Origin: Macrostomum lignano
Lineage: Eukaryota
Assembly: GCA_002269645.1 (NCBI GenBank)
Contig: NIVC01000525.1
Span: forward strand, 315,998-379,997
DNA length: 64,000 nucleotides
Direction: 5' to 3'
A program made the position numbers and the translations under genes. Shown one piece after another: positions 46,054 to 58,011 of this stretch. Every line of letters begins with the position of its first letter. The first letter of the stretch is position 1. The notes under the pieces are model-generated. The model made no database searches, had not been told where the DNA came from, and saw only the letters and a list, made by a program, of their open reading frames with translations.

Positions 46054-46605
46054 CAACTGCGGTCTATCCTACCCGTTCTATCCCTGCTCATTAGTTTTCA
46101 CAACTGCGGTCTATCCTACCCGTTCTATCCCTGTTCATTAGTATTCACAACTGCGGTCTATCCTACCCGTTCTATCCCTGTTCATTAGTATTCACAACTG
46201 CGGTCTATCCTACCCGTTCTATCCCTGTTCATTACTATTCACAACTGCAGTCTATCCTACCCGTTCTATCCCTGTTCATTAGTATTCACAACTGCGGTCT
46301 ATCCTACCCGTTCTATCCCTGTTCATTAGTTTTCACAACTGCGGTCTATCCTACCCGTTCTATCCCTGTTCATTAGTTTTCACAACTGCGGTCTATCCTA
46401 CCCGTTCTATCCCTGTTCATTAGTATTCACAACTGCGGTCTATCCTACCCGTTCTATCCCTGTTCATTAGTTTTCACAACTGCGGTCTATCCTACCCGTT
46501 CTATCCCTGTTCATTAGTATTCGCAACTGCGGTCTATCCTACCCGTTCTATCCCTGTTCATTAGTATTCACAACTGCGGTCCATCCTACCCGTTTTATCC
46601 CAGCT
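46054..46605. repeat. 47-bp minisatellite downstream of the nanos stop codon
   Basis: About 12 units of CAACTGCGGTCTATCCTACCCGTTCTATCCCTGTTCATTAGTATTCA. Confidence 0.96.
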
Positions 46606-46695
46606 CACTATTCTTCACTCTGATAAACAAAAAACGCACTTAACAAAGTTCTGATAAGCCAGTTTGCAGACCAATGAATGAATCGATCAAATCAG

Positions 46696-49600
46696 TCAGA
46701 ATCCGGACACGGACTGCAGACGATGGCGCTGCTGCTGATTGGTGCCGTTGCCAAGCGGGCAGTACTTGATGGTGTGCGCCTTGCTGCCCGAGACGCCACA
46801 AATTGGGCACACGTACCTGGATTTTTTCAGGCAGGGACAAAATAGTAAAGATTATATTATTCTGAATAAATTTGTGCTCTTGTCACTAAAAAGTCGGTCA
46901 TATTTTATCTTCTCTACTGTTAGTAGCTTAAATGAAGTGATTATATACCGGTATATCTAGAGGCTGGTGCAGGATTTTTTTAGGCTAGGTCAGCGGTTTT
47001 ACAGGGGTCCTGACTTGTGTATAAATTTTTAATCACAGCAGGCAGACCGAGCTCACCTGAACAGCACTGGGCAGGTAACATTGCCGTTGATGTCGGCCAG
47101 TCGGTGGCTGGTGTACACGTGGAACGGTTCCTGATTCTGTCGGCAGAATGCGCACAATTCGATGCCAATTTCGCGTTTCTTCTGATGATGCATCTTCAGC
47201 TTGGCCAGGAAGCTGAGCAGGGTAGCTTTGTCAACTAGGATCCGGTTCGGGCCAAGCTGATTCGGCCTGGTTTTCATGTTGCTAGGCAACGAGGCGCAAC
47301 AGCTGACCGAGGCGATCCACTTGTCAATCTCGTGGCCGATGCTCAGTTTAGGCTGCTGATGCTGATGATGCACAGCTGGTTGAGCTGCAGGCGTGCCGAT
47401 TGGCATTGGCAGGTGCTGCTGCTGGTTGCCACGCTGTCTCAGACTCAGCGATGCAGCTGCAGGGCGATTCTGATGACGAAGAATGCCAACGGATTCGTCG
47501 GTTGTGCGAGACTCGTCCGTCAGTGTTGAGCACAGCAGATGTTGACGGTGCACCTCAGCCTCTCCTGTGTTTTGTATTTTGAGATGAAATAGTTTTTTAC
47601 GAGTATTGCGTTTTGTTGCAACTACATGTAGCAGCTCCCTGGGATTCCTCAGTGGGTCAATATAGCTCTCCCTGGGATTCCTCAGTGGGTCAATATAGCT
47701 CCCTGGGATTCCTCAGTGGGTCAATATAGCTCCCTGGGATTCCTCAGTGGGTCAATATAGCTCTCCCTGGGATTCCTCAGTGGGTCAATATAGCTCCCTG
47801 GGATTCCTCAGTGGGTCAATATAGCTCCCTGGGATTCCTCAGTGGGTCAATATAGCTCCCTGGGATTCCTCAGTGGGTCAATATAGCTCCCTGGGATTCC
47901 TCAGTGGGTCAATATAGCTCCCTGGGATTCCTCAGTGGGTCAATATAGCTCTCCCTGGGATTCCTCAGTGGGTCAATATAGCTCCCTGGGATTCCTCAGT
48001 GGGTCAATATAGCTCCCTGGGATTCCTCAGTGGGTCAATATAGCTCCCTGGGATTCCTCAGTGGGTCAATATAGCTCCCTGGGATTCCTCAGTGGGTCAA
48101 TATAGCTCCCTGGGATTCCTCAGTGGGTCAATATAGCTCCCTGGGATTCCTCAGTGGGTCAATATAGCTCCCTGGGATTCCTCAGTGGGTCAATATAGCT
48201 CCCTGGATATGGGATTCCTCAGTGGGTCAATATAGCTCCCTGGGATTCCTCAGTGGGTCAATAGCTCCCTGGGATTCCTCAGTGGGTCAATATAGCTCCC
48301 TGGGATTCCTCAGTGGGTCAATAGCTCCCTGGGATTCATCAGTGGGTCAATATAGCTCTCCCTGGGATTCCTCAGTGGGTCAATAGCTCCCTGGGATTCA
48401 TCAGTGGGTCAATATAGCTCCCTGGGATTCCTCAGTGGGTCAATATAGCTCCCTGGGATTCCTCAGTGGGTCAATATAGCTCCCTGGGATTCCTCAGTGG
48501 GTCAATATAGCTCTCCCTGGGATTCCTCAGTGGGTCAATATAGCTCCCTGGGATTCCTCAGTGGGTCAATATAGCTCCCTGGGATTCCTCAGTGGGTCAA
48601 TATAGCTCCCTGGGATTCCTCAGTGGGTCAATATAGCTCCCTGGATATGGGATTCCTCAGTGGGTCAATATAGCTCCCTGGGATTCCTCAGTGGGTCAAT
48701 AGCTCCCTGGGATTCCTCAGTGGGTCAATATAGCTCCCTGGGATTCCTCAGTGGGTCAATAGCTCCCTGGGATTCCTCAGTGGGTCAATATAGCTCTCCC
48801 TGGGATTCCTCAGTGGGTCAATAGCTCCCTGGGATTCATCAGTGGGTCAATATAGCTCCCTGGGATTCCTCAGTGGGTCAATATAGCTCCCTGGGATTCC
48901 TCAGTGGGTCAATATAGCTCCCTGGGATTCCTCAGTGGGTCAATATAGCTCCCTGGGATTCCTCAGTGGGTCAATATAGCTCCCTGGGATTCCTCAGTGG
49001 GTCAATATAGCTCCCTGGATATGGGATTCCTCAGTGGGTCAATATAGCTCCCTGGGATTCCTCAGTGGGTCAATAGCTCCCTGGGATTCCTCAGTGGGTC
49101 AATATAGCTCCCTGGGATTCCTCAGTGGGTCAATAGCTCCCTGGGATTCATCAGTGGGTCAATATAGCTCTCCCTGGGATTCCTCAGTGGGTCAATAGCT
49201 CCCTGGGATTCATCAGTGGGTCAATATAGCTCCCTGGGATTCCTCAGTGGGTCAATATTGTTCCCTGGGATTCCTCAGTGGGTCAATATAGCTCCCTGGA
49301 ATTCCTCAGTGGGTCAATATAGCTCCCTGGGATTCCTCAGTGGGTCAATGCATGTATAGCTCCCTGGGAGGCTGGGCTCGAGACTTTGGGAGAATTAGTA
49401 ACCGTGTAGAAACGAGACATCTAGATTCAGAATCAAAGAAATCGCCTTAAACAGAATAAATAGCTACAGAGTGTAAGCTGTGACTGTGACCCTCTGATCC
49501 TGGTAACAGCCGCGGACTGAGAAATAAATCCTCAATAGGAGCGAATACAGAGATTGAAATAGGGGGGAAATACATGAAATAGGATAGGATAGGTGCCATA

Positions 49601-50278
49601 AGACCGCTCAGACCAATAATACATGATACGCAACAGAGTAATACATAATACGATATTAGAACTAGAAGTACATCAAGTGCTACTCAGATCTGTCACAACT
49701 TTGGTGGCAGCAAGTGGAATATTTTAAGAGACAGAGAAAGACCCTAATTACAAAAAACTTTGTGGCCACCTAGTAGCGGGATAGCAACAGACCCACTGCG
49801 CCAACTCGACCTCGTCAACTTTTGGTGACAACGGCGGGATAATAAAAGATTAAAATATCACAAACAGAGAAAGAGCCCTATATCATAGATGCATGCACGC
49901 ACTCGTGCACTCACCAAAAGCGTCGTAAGAAAAGAGTTTTTGCTGATGTTCAGGAATGCCACTAGCGCCGCCTCCGCCGTCGCAGACTCCATTCCAGCCT
50001 TCGGCAGCGGGCGACACCGGAGCCCGATGGTTTTGCTCAGCAGAGTCGCTCATGCAGCCCGAGTCAAAGTCAATCAGAGGCTTCACTGTGCTCCAGCTCC
50101 AGCCTAGCTGGCCCGAGCTGCCAAATGCCTCGCTTTTGTGTCCGGCCTTATCTGGAGACGAGTTCGACGAGATTGATAACGAGGACAACAATGGCTCAGC
50201 AGACAGCTGGGCTGGTTTCAACAGCTTCCAGCTGCTGTGATCAGTAAGCCAGGTGCTGCTTTCAAGAAGGTGTTGCAT
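46696..50278 (-). CDS. nanos: Nanos (tandem CCHC zinc fingers), 3 exons, 330 aa
   Basis: Exons 50278-49915, 47564-47057 and 46816-46696 (993 nt, phases 1 and 2 consistent). ZF1 is CAFC-x12-H-x10-C and ZF2 is CPIC-x7-H-x4-C (HTIKYCP). The linkage of exon 1 is inferred from phase and the upstream promoter. Confidence 0.9.
47633..49365. repeat. 31-bp minisatellite (TAGCTCCCTGGGATTCCTCAGTGGGTCAATA) in nanos intron 1
   Basis: About 55 units with 29-, 33- and 38-bp variants in a recurring order. Confidence 0.97.
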
Positions 50279-50363
50279 TGTGGCTTCTTGATTCAAGATT
50301 GTGTATTATGAATATGAAGTAACTTAGTTGACTTTCTAGCTTCTTTCCTAGACTCTGGGCTCG

Positions 50364-50481
50364 TATTTATACTGGCGTCGGTTCCCTGGCCTAAAAGGGG
50401 GCTATTAAAATTGTCTCAGCCAATTAAATTCAGTCTAAGGATTGGTGGGGTGGTGCAATTGAAAAATTGGGCTCAGCCAAT
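50364..50481 (-). promoter_or_regulatory. nanos core promoter: TATAAATA plus four CCAAT motifs
   Basis: TATA at 50364-50371 (minus strand). CCAAT/ATTGG at 50420, 50441, 50466 and 50477, within about 200 bp upstream of the ATG. Confidence 0.65.
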
Positions 50482-51249
50482 CAGAACCGGTGTAGAGAAA
50501 CGGGGTGCTGTCTAGCTAGCAATTTGAGGTGGTTGTCGCCGGGCTTGCTTCGGCGGTTCCCTCTCCGCGGGGGTTCGTCTGGGCGTCGGGTGTTAGTTTG
50601 TAGCGCAGGAAACAAGCTTTAGATAGATAACCATTAATTTGTATTAAAATCGTAAAACGAGAGCCAGTGCCTATCAGTTATGTTATCTCTAAACGAATAA
50701 GTTACTCGTATTGCAATTCAATAAGTAAGGGAGCTTTGGGGATGGCAGCAAGCAACCAATGTTGGCATAGTAATTGCGTCTGTCTGATAATAAACTACGA
50801 CCGTAATCGCGTTGCCAGCAGCAGCACCGAGTGAAGCAATAAAACTTATTTGAATCATTAGATACAAGCTTATTTAACTATTTTATGTAAAACTTTTTTT
50901 AAACTCACAAAGTTTGTAAGGTATGAGAAAATGATAATTGATAATATGCGGTACCTTTTTTAAAGCTTTTTTTAGAATGAAGCGGATTTGGGAAAGAAAA
51001 GTGACGTGATTAGAAGGGGAGAGTGAAAGTGGAGTTGAGAGAGAAACAAGAGAATTTCGGGTATGAGATGAGAGTAAAAGAGAAGGGCGAAGAAGTTAAT
51101 ACACAAGCCAAAATAATCGATCTTATCACCATTATTTCTAAACCTCTGCTAATTGCATTCCTTCCTGCCGGCAAAGAGCCCGAGGGTAGCTTAATTTAGC
51201 AATTCTACACTGCTGATATTTGATTTATGGCTAAATAAGGGGAGCACGA

Positions 51250-51455
51250 AAATTTCCCGCAGGAATTTTTCCCGCCGAGCTATCCCCGCACGAGATTCTC
51301 CCGCAGCGAGTTTTTATCACAGCGAGAGTTTCCCGCAGGAAATTTTCCCGTCGAGATTTTCCTGCCGAGATTTTACCACCGAGATTTTCCCACACGAATT
51401 TTCCCCGCACAGACTTTTTCCAGCAGAAAGATTTTCCCGCAAGAAATTTCTCTTG
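51250..51455. repeat. Cluster of TTTCCCGC-like motifs
   Basis: Exact TTTCCCGC at 51252, 51267, 51329 and 51433, plus about 6 near matches. Confidence 0.85.
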
Positions 51456-51539
51456 ATTGCCTGTTTACCTTAAGAAAGAACTTATAAAAAGGAAAGCTAT
51501 TAGCAGAGACGCGATTTTCTTTGATAAATTCGACACAGG

Positions 51540-52400
<861 letters not shown>

Positions 52401-53181
52401 ACAGAAGAGGTGCCATCATGGCAATCAAAAGGCAAAAATAACTAAGCCATGCACCGCAAGAAATGCATGGATCATTTCAGTCGGAAATATCCAGACAAAG
52501 TACTTTACTTTTCAACAAAGTAAATTTAGCTGCATTTCTTGGGTGTATAATTAAGAGAAATTCAGTCCAAATGGCTGTTTATTTTAGTGGAGTTTCAGGT
52601 TTCGCTATTAAAAGTACCATTTATTGGCGAAACCACCATAGAGATGTTAATAATGAATGTTTAAATAGGTATCTTTTTGACACAATACACGCTTGGAAAA
52701 GATTCGTACACGTGTTTCTAGTTAATCAGATAGAAAAGAACTGTCGGGCTCAAGTAAGATTACTTCCGCCGTTTCTTTGACTTCGAAGCAGCCTCATCAT
52801 CCCAATTGGTGTTCTCCAACGTTCTCCGGATCCGGCAGGTCGTTGATCCCGTCAGCCTCCGACTCGGTCAGGTAGTTGTCGGACTCGTCGTCATCCATCA
52901 TCTCGGAGGCTGAGATTTGAACCGCAGCAAAGCAGGAAGGTCAGGAAGAACTGTCACTTCATGTTTTTGGCTGTCCTCTCGTTAACTCGTGAGACGTGTC
53001 TGTCTATACAGCTGAGGCTATACAGTGAGGCTCCTGAGGCTGCACAGCTTTATATACACTTTTTCATTCGCAGTCTGAAAACGTGCCGTGAGCAATATAG
53101 AAGTCTTGTTTTGCCACGAGAATCACGAACACGTGAGCCTGGGGCACTGGAGAGGTCACGTTTTTCAGCTGGCCCGAGTCC

Positions 53182-53894
53182 CAGTAGCGGATCCAGAAAA
53201 TTTTGAACGGGGGGGGCGCAGATAGGGATTGCAAAATGAGCAATCATCATTTGTGATTGGCCCGGAATTTGGCCAATCCCGGGATCAGAATAATACAGAT
53301 TTTTATGCTTCTAGGTTGAAATTTTAAGGCAAAATATGCGCTAAACGCTTTTTTGCTTACTTTTTTGATTGTTATAGAGATAATGATCTATTTGTAGATG
53401 ATAAACAGCATTATCTTGTGACCTATTGAAGTAAGTAGTATAAATGTACTAATTAGTAGTAAAGAAGCAAATCATATCAAAATTTAAATTGGAATTAATT
53501 TCACATTTAAATCTGTGACGCGGGGTTTAAAAAGGAGCAACACGACGTGAGGCAATAACGGAAATTAGCGCAGTATAATAAACTAGTTGTGGGCCTAATT
53601 ATGTTTATATTACAGCACTTTTTGTAAAAATATTAACAAACATTAGTCCCGGGATTTGGGGTCCCGAATCCCGGGACTGGAAATCCCGGGATTTAGGCCC
53701 AATCCCGGGATTTCGGGATCCCGGGATCCCGGGATTGCAATCCCTAGGCGCAGACTACTAAGGTACATGTATATTCATATCATGTACAAGTATATGTACA
53801 TGGTAATGTGTATTTTCCATATAAAAAATACAAAAAATAAAACTCAACGGGGGGGGCGCGCGCCCTGTGCGCCCCCCCTCTAAATCCGCGACTG
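53182..53894. mobile_element. MITE with CAGT(A/C)GCGGAT termini that hosts a nested element
   Basis: Ends CAGTAGCGGATCCAGA and TAAATCCGCGACTG. The TSD is not clean. A decayed right end of the same family lies near 40380-40420. Confidence 0.65.
53223..53746. mobile_element. Nested hAT-like MITE
   Basis: Perfect 12-bp TIR TAGGGATTGCAA, perfect 8-bp TSD GGCGCAGA, and ATCCCGGGAT subterminal palindromes. Confidence 0.9.
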
Positions 53895-55164
53895 GGCCCG
53901 ACTGGCACACAGATACAAAAGAAACAATTAATTTGCTATTAAAGGTGTGTCTCCATCTCCAACTTGGTTGATTAAGTGCATTCCCGCAACAACAGTGTCA
54001 TTTGTTTTTGCAGTTGAAGCCTCTAAAAAGCCCAACCACATGCAGCAGCCAGCAAGTAAGAGACTTAGACTCAAGCTGCTGGAACTTAACTAAGCATACA
54101 CACTGTGCACTGCAGAAACCGAGAGCCAAGCAGGCAGAATGCAGACATCAGGATCTGCATTTGCATTGAATCAGTGCTGGTCGGGGTCCCAAATCCCGTA
54201 GATTCCTCAATCAGCGGGATCCCAGACCGAACGAGTCCCAAGATTGCATGGGATAACAAAAAGACGCAAAAATACAAGCAGTCAAGCTGTAAAAGTACGC
54301 ATCGGCCTAATTGATTTTCTTCTGACGAGCAATTCAAAGAACTTCCTCTATATCACTGTCTTGGACCGATAAACAGAACAATGGGAATAGGAACTATACG
54401 CTCGAAGAGTGTAGAAAAATGCCTGTAACACTGCACATGCTGTGCAAAAGCGAATCATGCTATCACATAAAGAGCACGTGAGGCATTCAAAACATGCTGG
54501 AAGCCTGAAACCTATGCAGAGAGAGGTTACCGCATGTACTGTGTACGGGGATGATGGTAGAATTCAAAATTCATACCATAAAGAGTATAACAAACGCTTT
54601 GCATCTAAATTTTATTCAGCATCATTTCAGTTAGTGCTACCATCTACCATTCAGTCCTTGGTAGATGCACTTTGTCAGAATACGTTAAAGATGTACGCTT
54701 GATTTTTAATTAGGAATTGATTTGAAAGGATTGCAAAACTTTTGAATTCAAGCAAGTCTCTCCTGCTTCCGCAAGAGTCGTCCTATCCTTTTCTTTGTAG
54801 TACATGCGATCGAAGTGAATACAGTTAATTTTGCTAAACCACTAAATTTTCCAACATGGAAGATATACAATGCTAGTTCAATTGAATTTTTGGCAGGTTT
54901 TTTTTCGCCAAGCAGCCCTAAAATAGGGAATACAGAATCCTGAGTTTTGCCAATCCCGGGATTCTCGGGATCGGGTTATCCCGGACTTTGCTAATCCCGC
55001 GGGATCCCGACGAATTGGGCCGGCATCCCGGGATTGATAAGGTTTCTATTTTTTGTTGGTGCAATTTGGTTTACGAAGCCATCTAATATGATTTTAAAGG
55101 GCTTTCAATGATAAAAGAACAACAGAATAAAAGATTTTGCAAGCAAGAAACAGACAGTGAGCTC

Positions 55165-55700
55165 TGATCATCTAGAAGCACCCCAGATCATCTAGTGCCA
55201 TCCCAGATCATCTAGTGCCACCCCAGATCATCTAGTGCCACCCCAGATCATCTAGTGTCACCCCAGATCATCTAGTGTCACCCCAGATCATCTAGTGCCA
55301 CCCCAGATCATCTAGTGTCACCCCAGATCATCTAGTGTCACCCCAGATCATCTAGTGCCATCCCAGATCATCTAGTGTCACCCCAGATCATCTAGTGCCA
55401 TCCCAGATCATCTAGTAGCACCCCAGATCATCTAGTAGCACCCCAGATCATCTAGTGCCACCCCAGATCATCTAGTGCCACCCCATATCATCTAGTGCCA
55501 CCCCATATCATCTAGTGCCACCCCATATCATCTAGTGCCACCCCATATCATCTAGTGCCTCCCCAGATCATCTAGTGCCACCCCAGATCATCTAGTGCCA
55601 CCCCAGATCATCTAGTGCCACCCCAGATCATCTAGTGCCACCCCAAATCATCTAGTGCCACCCCAAATCATCTAGTGTCACCTCGGATCATCTAGTGCTT
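55165..55700. repeat. 20-bp minisatellite (CCCCAGATCATCTAGTGCCA)
   Basis: About 26 units. Confidence 0.96.
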
Positions 55701-56349
55701 TCTTACCGAAGCAAGTTCGCAATTCATACTCATCTAGCCATCTAATATCTTATCATAGCCTTTATTTTGCACCATGCGGGACACAAGGCCTCATCAAGCT
55801 AAACTCAGATACGAGTAAGGACAGGTTTGCTTGAGTGATGCAGGCACTGCAGTGGCCCTGCTGTGAAGTGCGCACACTCAGACAGGCACTGAGACACTGA
55901 GAATGCCCCCACGGTGAACTGCACAATCTGCCCAAAGTGGCTATAGTATGGCTGCCTATTTTACAATCTCTTATCATCCATCAATTTCAGCAATAAAATA
56001 TAGCCTATTTACGCATACCTGTACAGAGCGCTGAGAGCGTGACCCAGTAGGGTCATAAAAAATAAATTCTGGCTAGAGTTTGTGGTATATAGGTTAGTAA
56101 AGCTCAGGGAGTCCATATATTTGTGGATTTCCAATAATACTTAGGAATTTCAATCTTGTTTTCTATTCATTATCACAGCCCTAATTTGCCAACCTATAAA
56201 ACTTTAAAAACATTGCGTTCTCTGAAAGAATTACCAACGGAAAGCTAAATCTGACGATTTTCACACACGACTGCTTCATCACACAATTGAAGCTAAGGTG
56301 AGATTGTATTCAGTTCAATAGGATCGTTTGCTTATTACAATTACCGGCT

Positions 56350-57380
56350 TTATACCCGCTCCTGATCATTCAGTGGGGCTCTGATACCCGCTCCAGATCA
56401 TTCAGTGGGTCTCTGATACCCGCTCCAGATCATTCAGTGGGGCTCTGCTACCCACTCCAGATCATTCAGTGAGGCTCTGCTACCCGCTCCAGGTCATTCA
56501 GTGCATGGGACTCTGCTCAAGGACCCCTGTATATAACTATATACTAGCAATATACAGTGGTCCTTGGCTCTGCTACCCCTTCCTGATCATTCAGTGGGGG
56601 TCTGCTACCCGCTCCAGATCATTCAGTGGGGCTCTGCTACCCGCTCCAGATCATTCAGTGGGGCTCTGCTACCCGCTCCAGATCATTCAGTGAGGCTCTG
56701 CTACCCGCTCCAGATCATTCAGTGAGGCTCTGCTACCCACTCCAAATCATTCAGTGGGGCTCTGCTACCCACTCCAAATCATTCAGTGAGGCTCTGCTAC
56801 CCACTCCAAATCATTCAGTGGGGCTCTGCTACCCACTCCAGATCATTCAGTGAGGCTCTGCTACCCGCTCCAGATCATTCAGTGGGGCTCTGCTACCCGC
56901 TCCAGATCATTCAGTGGGGCTCTGCTACCCGCTCCAGATCATTCAGTGGGGCTCTGCTACCCGCTCCAGATCATTCAGTGGGGCTCTGCTACCCGCTCCA
57001 GATCATTCAGTGCATGGGACTCTGCTCAAGGACTCCTGTATATAACTATATACTAGCAATATACAGTGGTCCTTGGCTCTGCTACCCCTTCCTGATCATT
57101 CAGTGGGGCTCTGCTACCCGCTCCAGATCATTCAGTGGGGCTCTGCTACCCACTCCAGATCATTCAGTGGGGCTCTGCTACCCACTCCAAATCATTCAGT
57201 GGGGCTCTGCTACCCACTCCAAATCATTCAGTGGGGCTCTGCTACCCACTCCAAATCATTCAGTGGGGCTCTGCTACCCACTCCAGATCATTCAGTGGGG
57301 CTCTGCTACCCGCTCCAGATCATTCAGTGGGGCTCTGCTACCCGCTCCAGATCATTCAGTGGGGTTCTGCTACCCCTCTC
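56350..57380. repeat. 32-bp minisatellite (GCTCTGCTACCCGCTCCAGATCATTCAGTGGG) with a duplicated 75-bp insert
   Basis: The insert occurs at about 56504 and about 57013, giving a higher-order period of about 509 bp. Confidence 0.95.
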
Positions 57381-58011
57381 TTATCTCAAACTCAAATGAA
57401 ATGAAAAGGAAAATCTCATAGATTTTTTGGGATATCCAAATTTCCAAGAGGTTGAATAGCTGAATTTAATGGATTTAATGGCTAATATGATTAGCGAACA
57501 GATGCTAATGGATTTCATGCACTAAACTTAATCTTGTGATATTTCGAATTGTGTACGAGTTTAATTTAGCTCAAAGTCCTTAGTTTCCAGATGAATACAT
57601 ATACTTACTTTACTCTGTTCTGTTCCATAGTAGAGTTTCTAAAATTCTTTCAAGCTGCTTTATAATCGATTGGATAGAGGCGCGAACCTATAGGGCGTCA
57701 GCGAGGCGTAAAAATTGCCTATACTGTCGCGGCTGATAGAGGCAGACAATTTCACGCCAGGGAACAAACATCGATATTGACATTCACATGTAACCCTAAG
57801 AAAGCAGAAAACGCGAAAAGTTTCGAATTTAAAGAATCCACTTGAATATTTCTTCTTTCTTAGCTTGGCTTGACTTGATAAATCATTTTGGTCCACTACT
57901 ATACTCTCCTACTATATGTAAGCATGCTAATCCTTAATCCACTCAGGATGGAAGCCGAATTCTCGGGCCTCATCTTTGTGCCTGTCTAGGCGAATTAGTT
58001 TGCGAGGATTA

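Noticed and set aside
32392-49365. 30-47 bp repeats as possible CRISPR arrays
   Set aside because: The units are contiguous with no unique spacers, there are no cas genes, and the context is eukaryotic.
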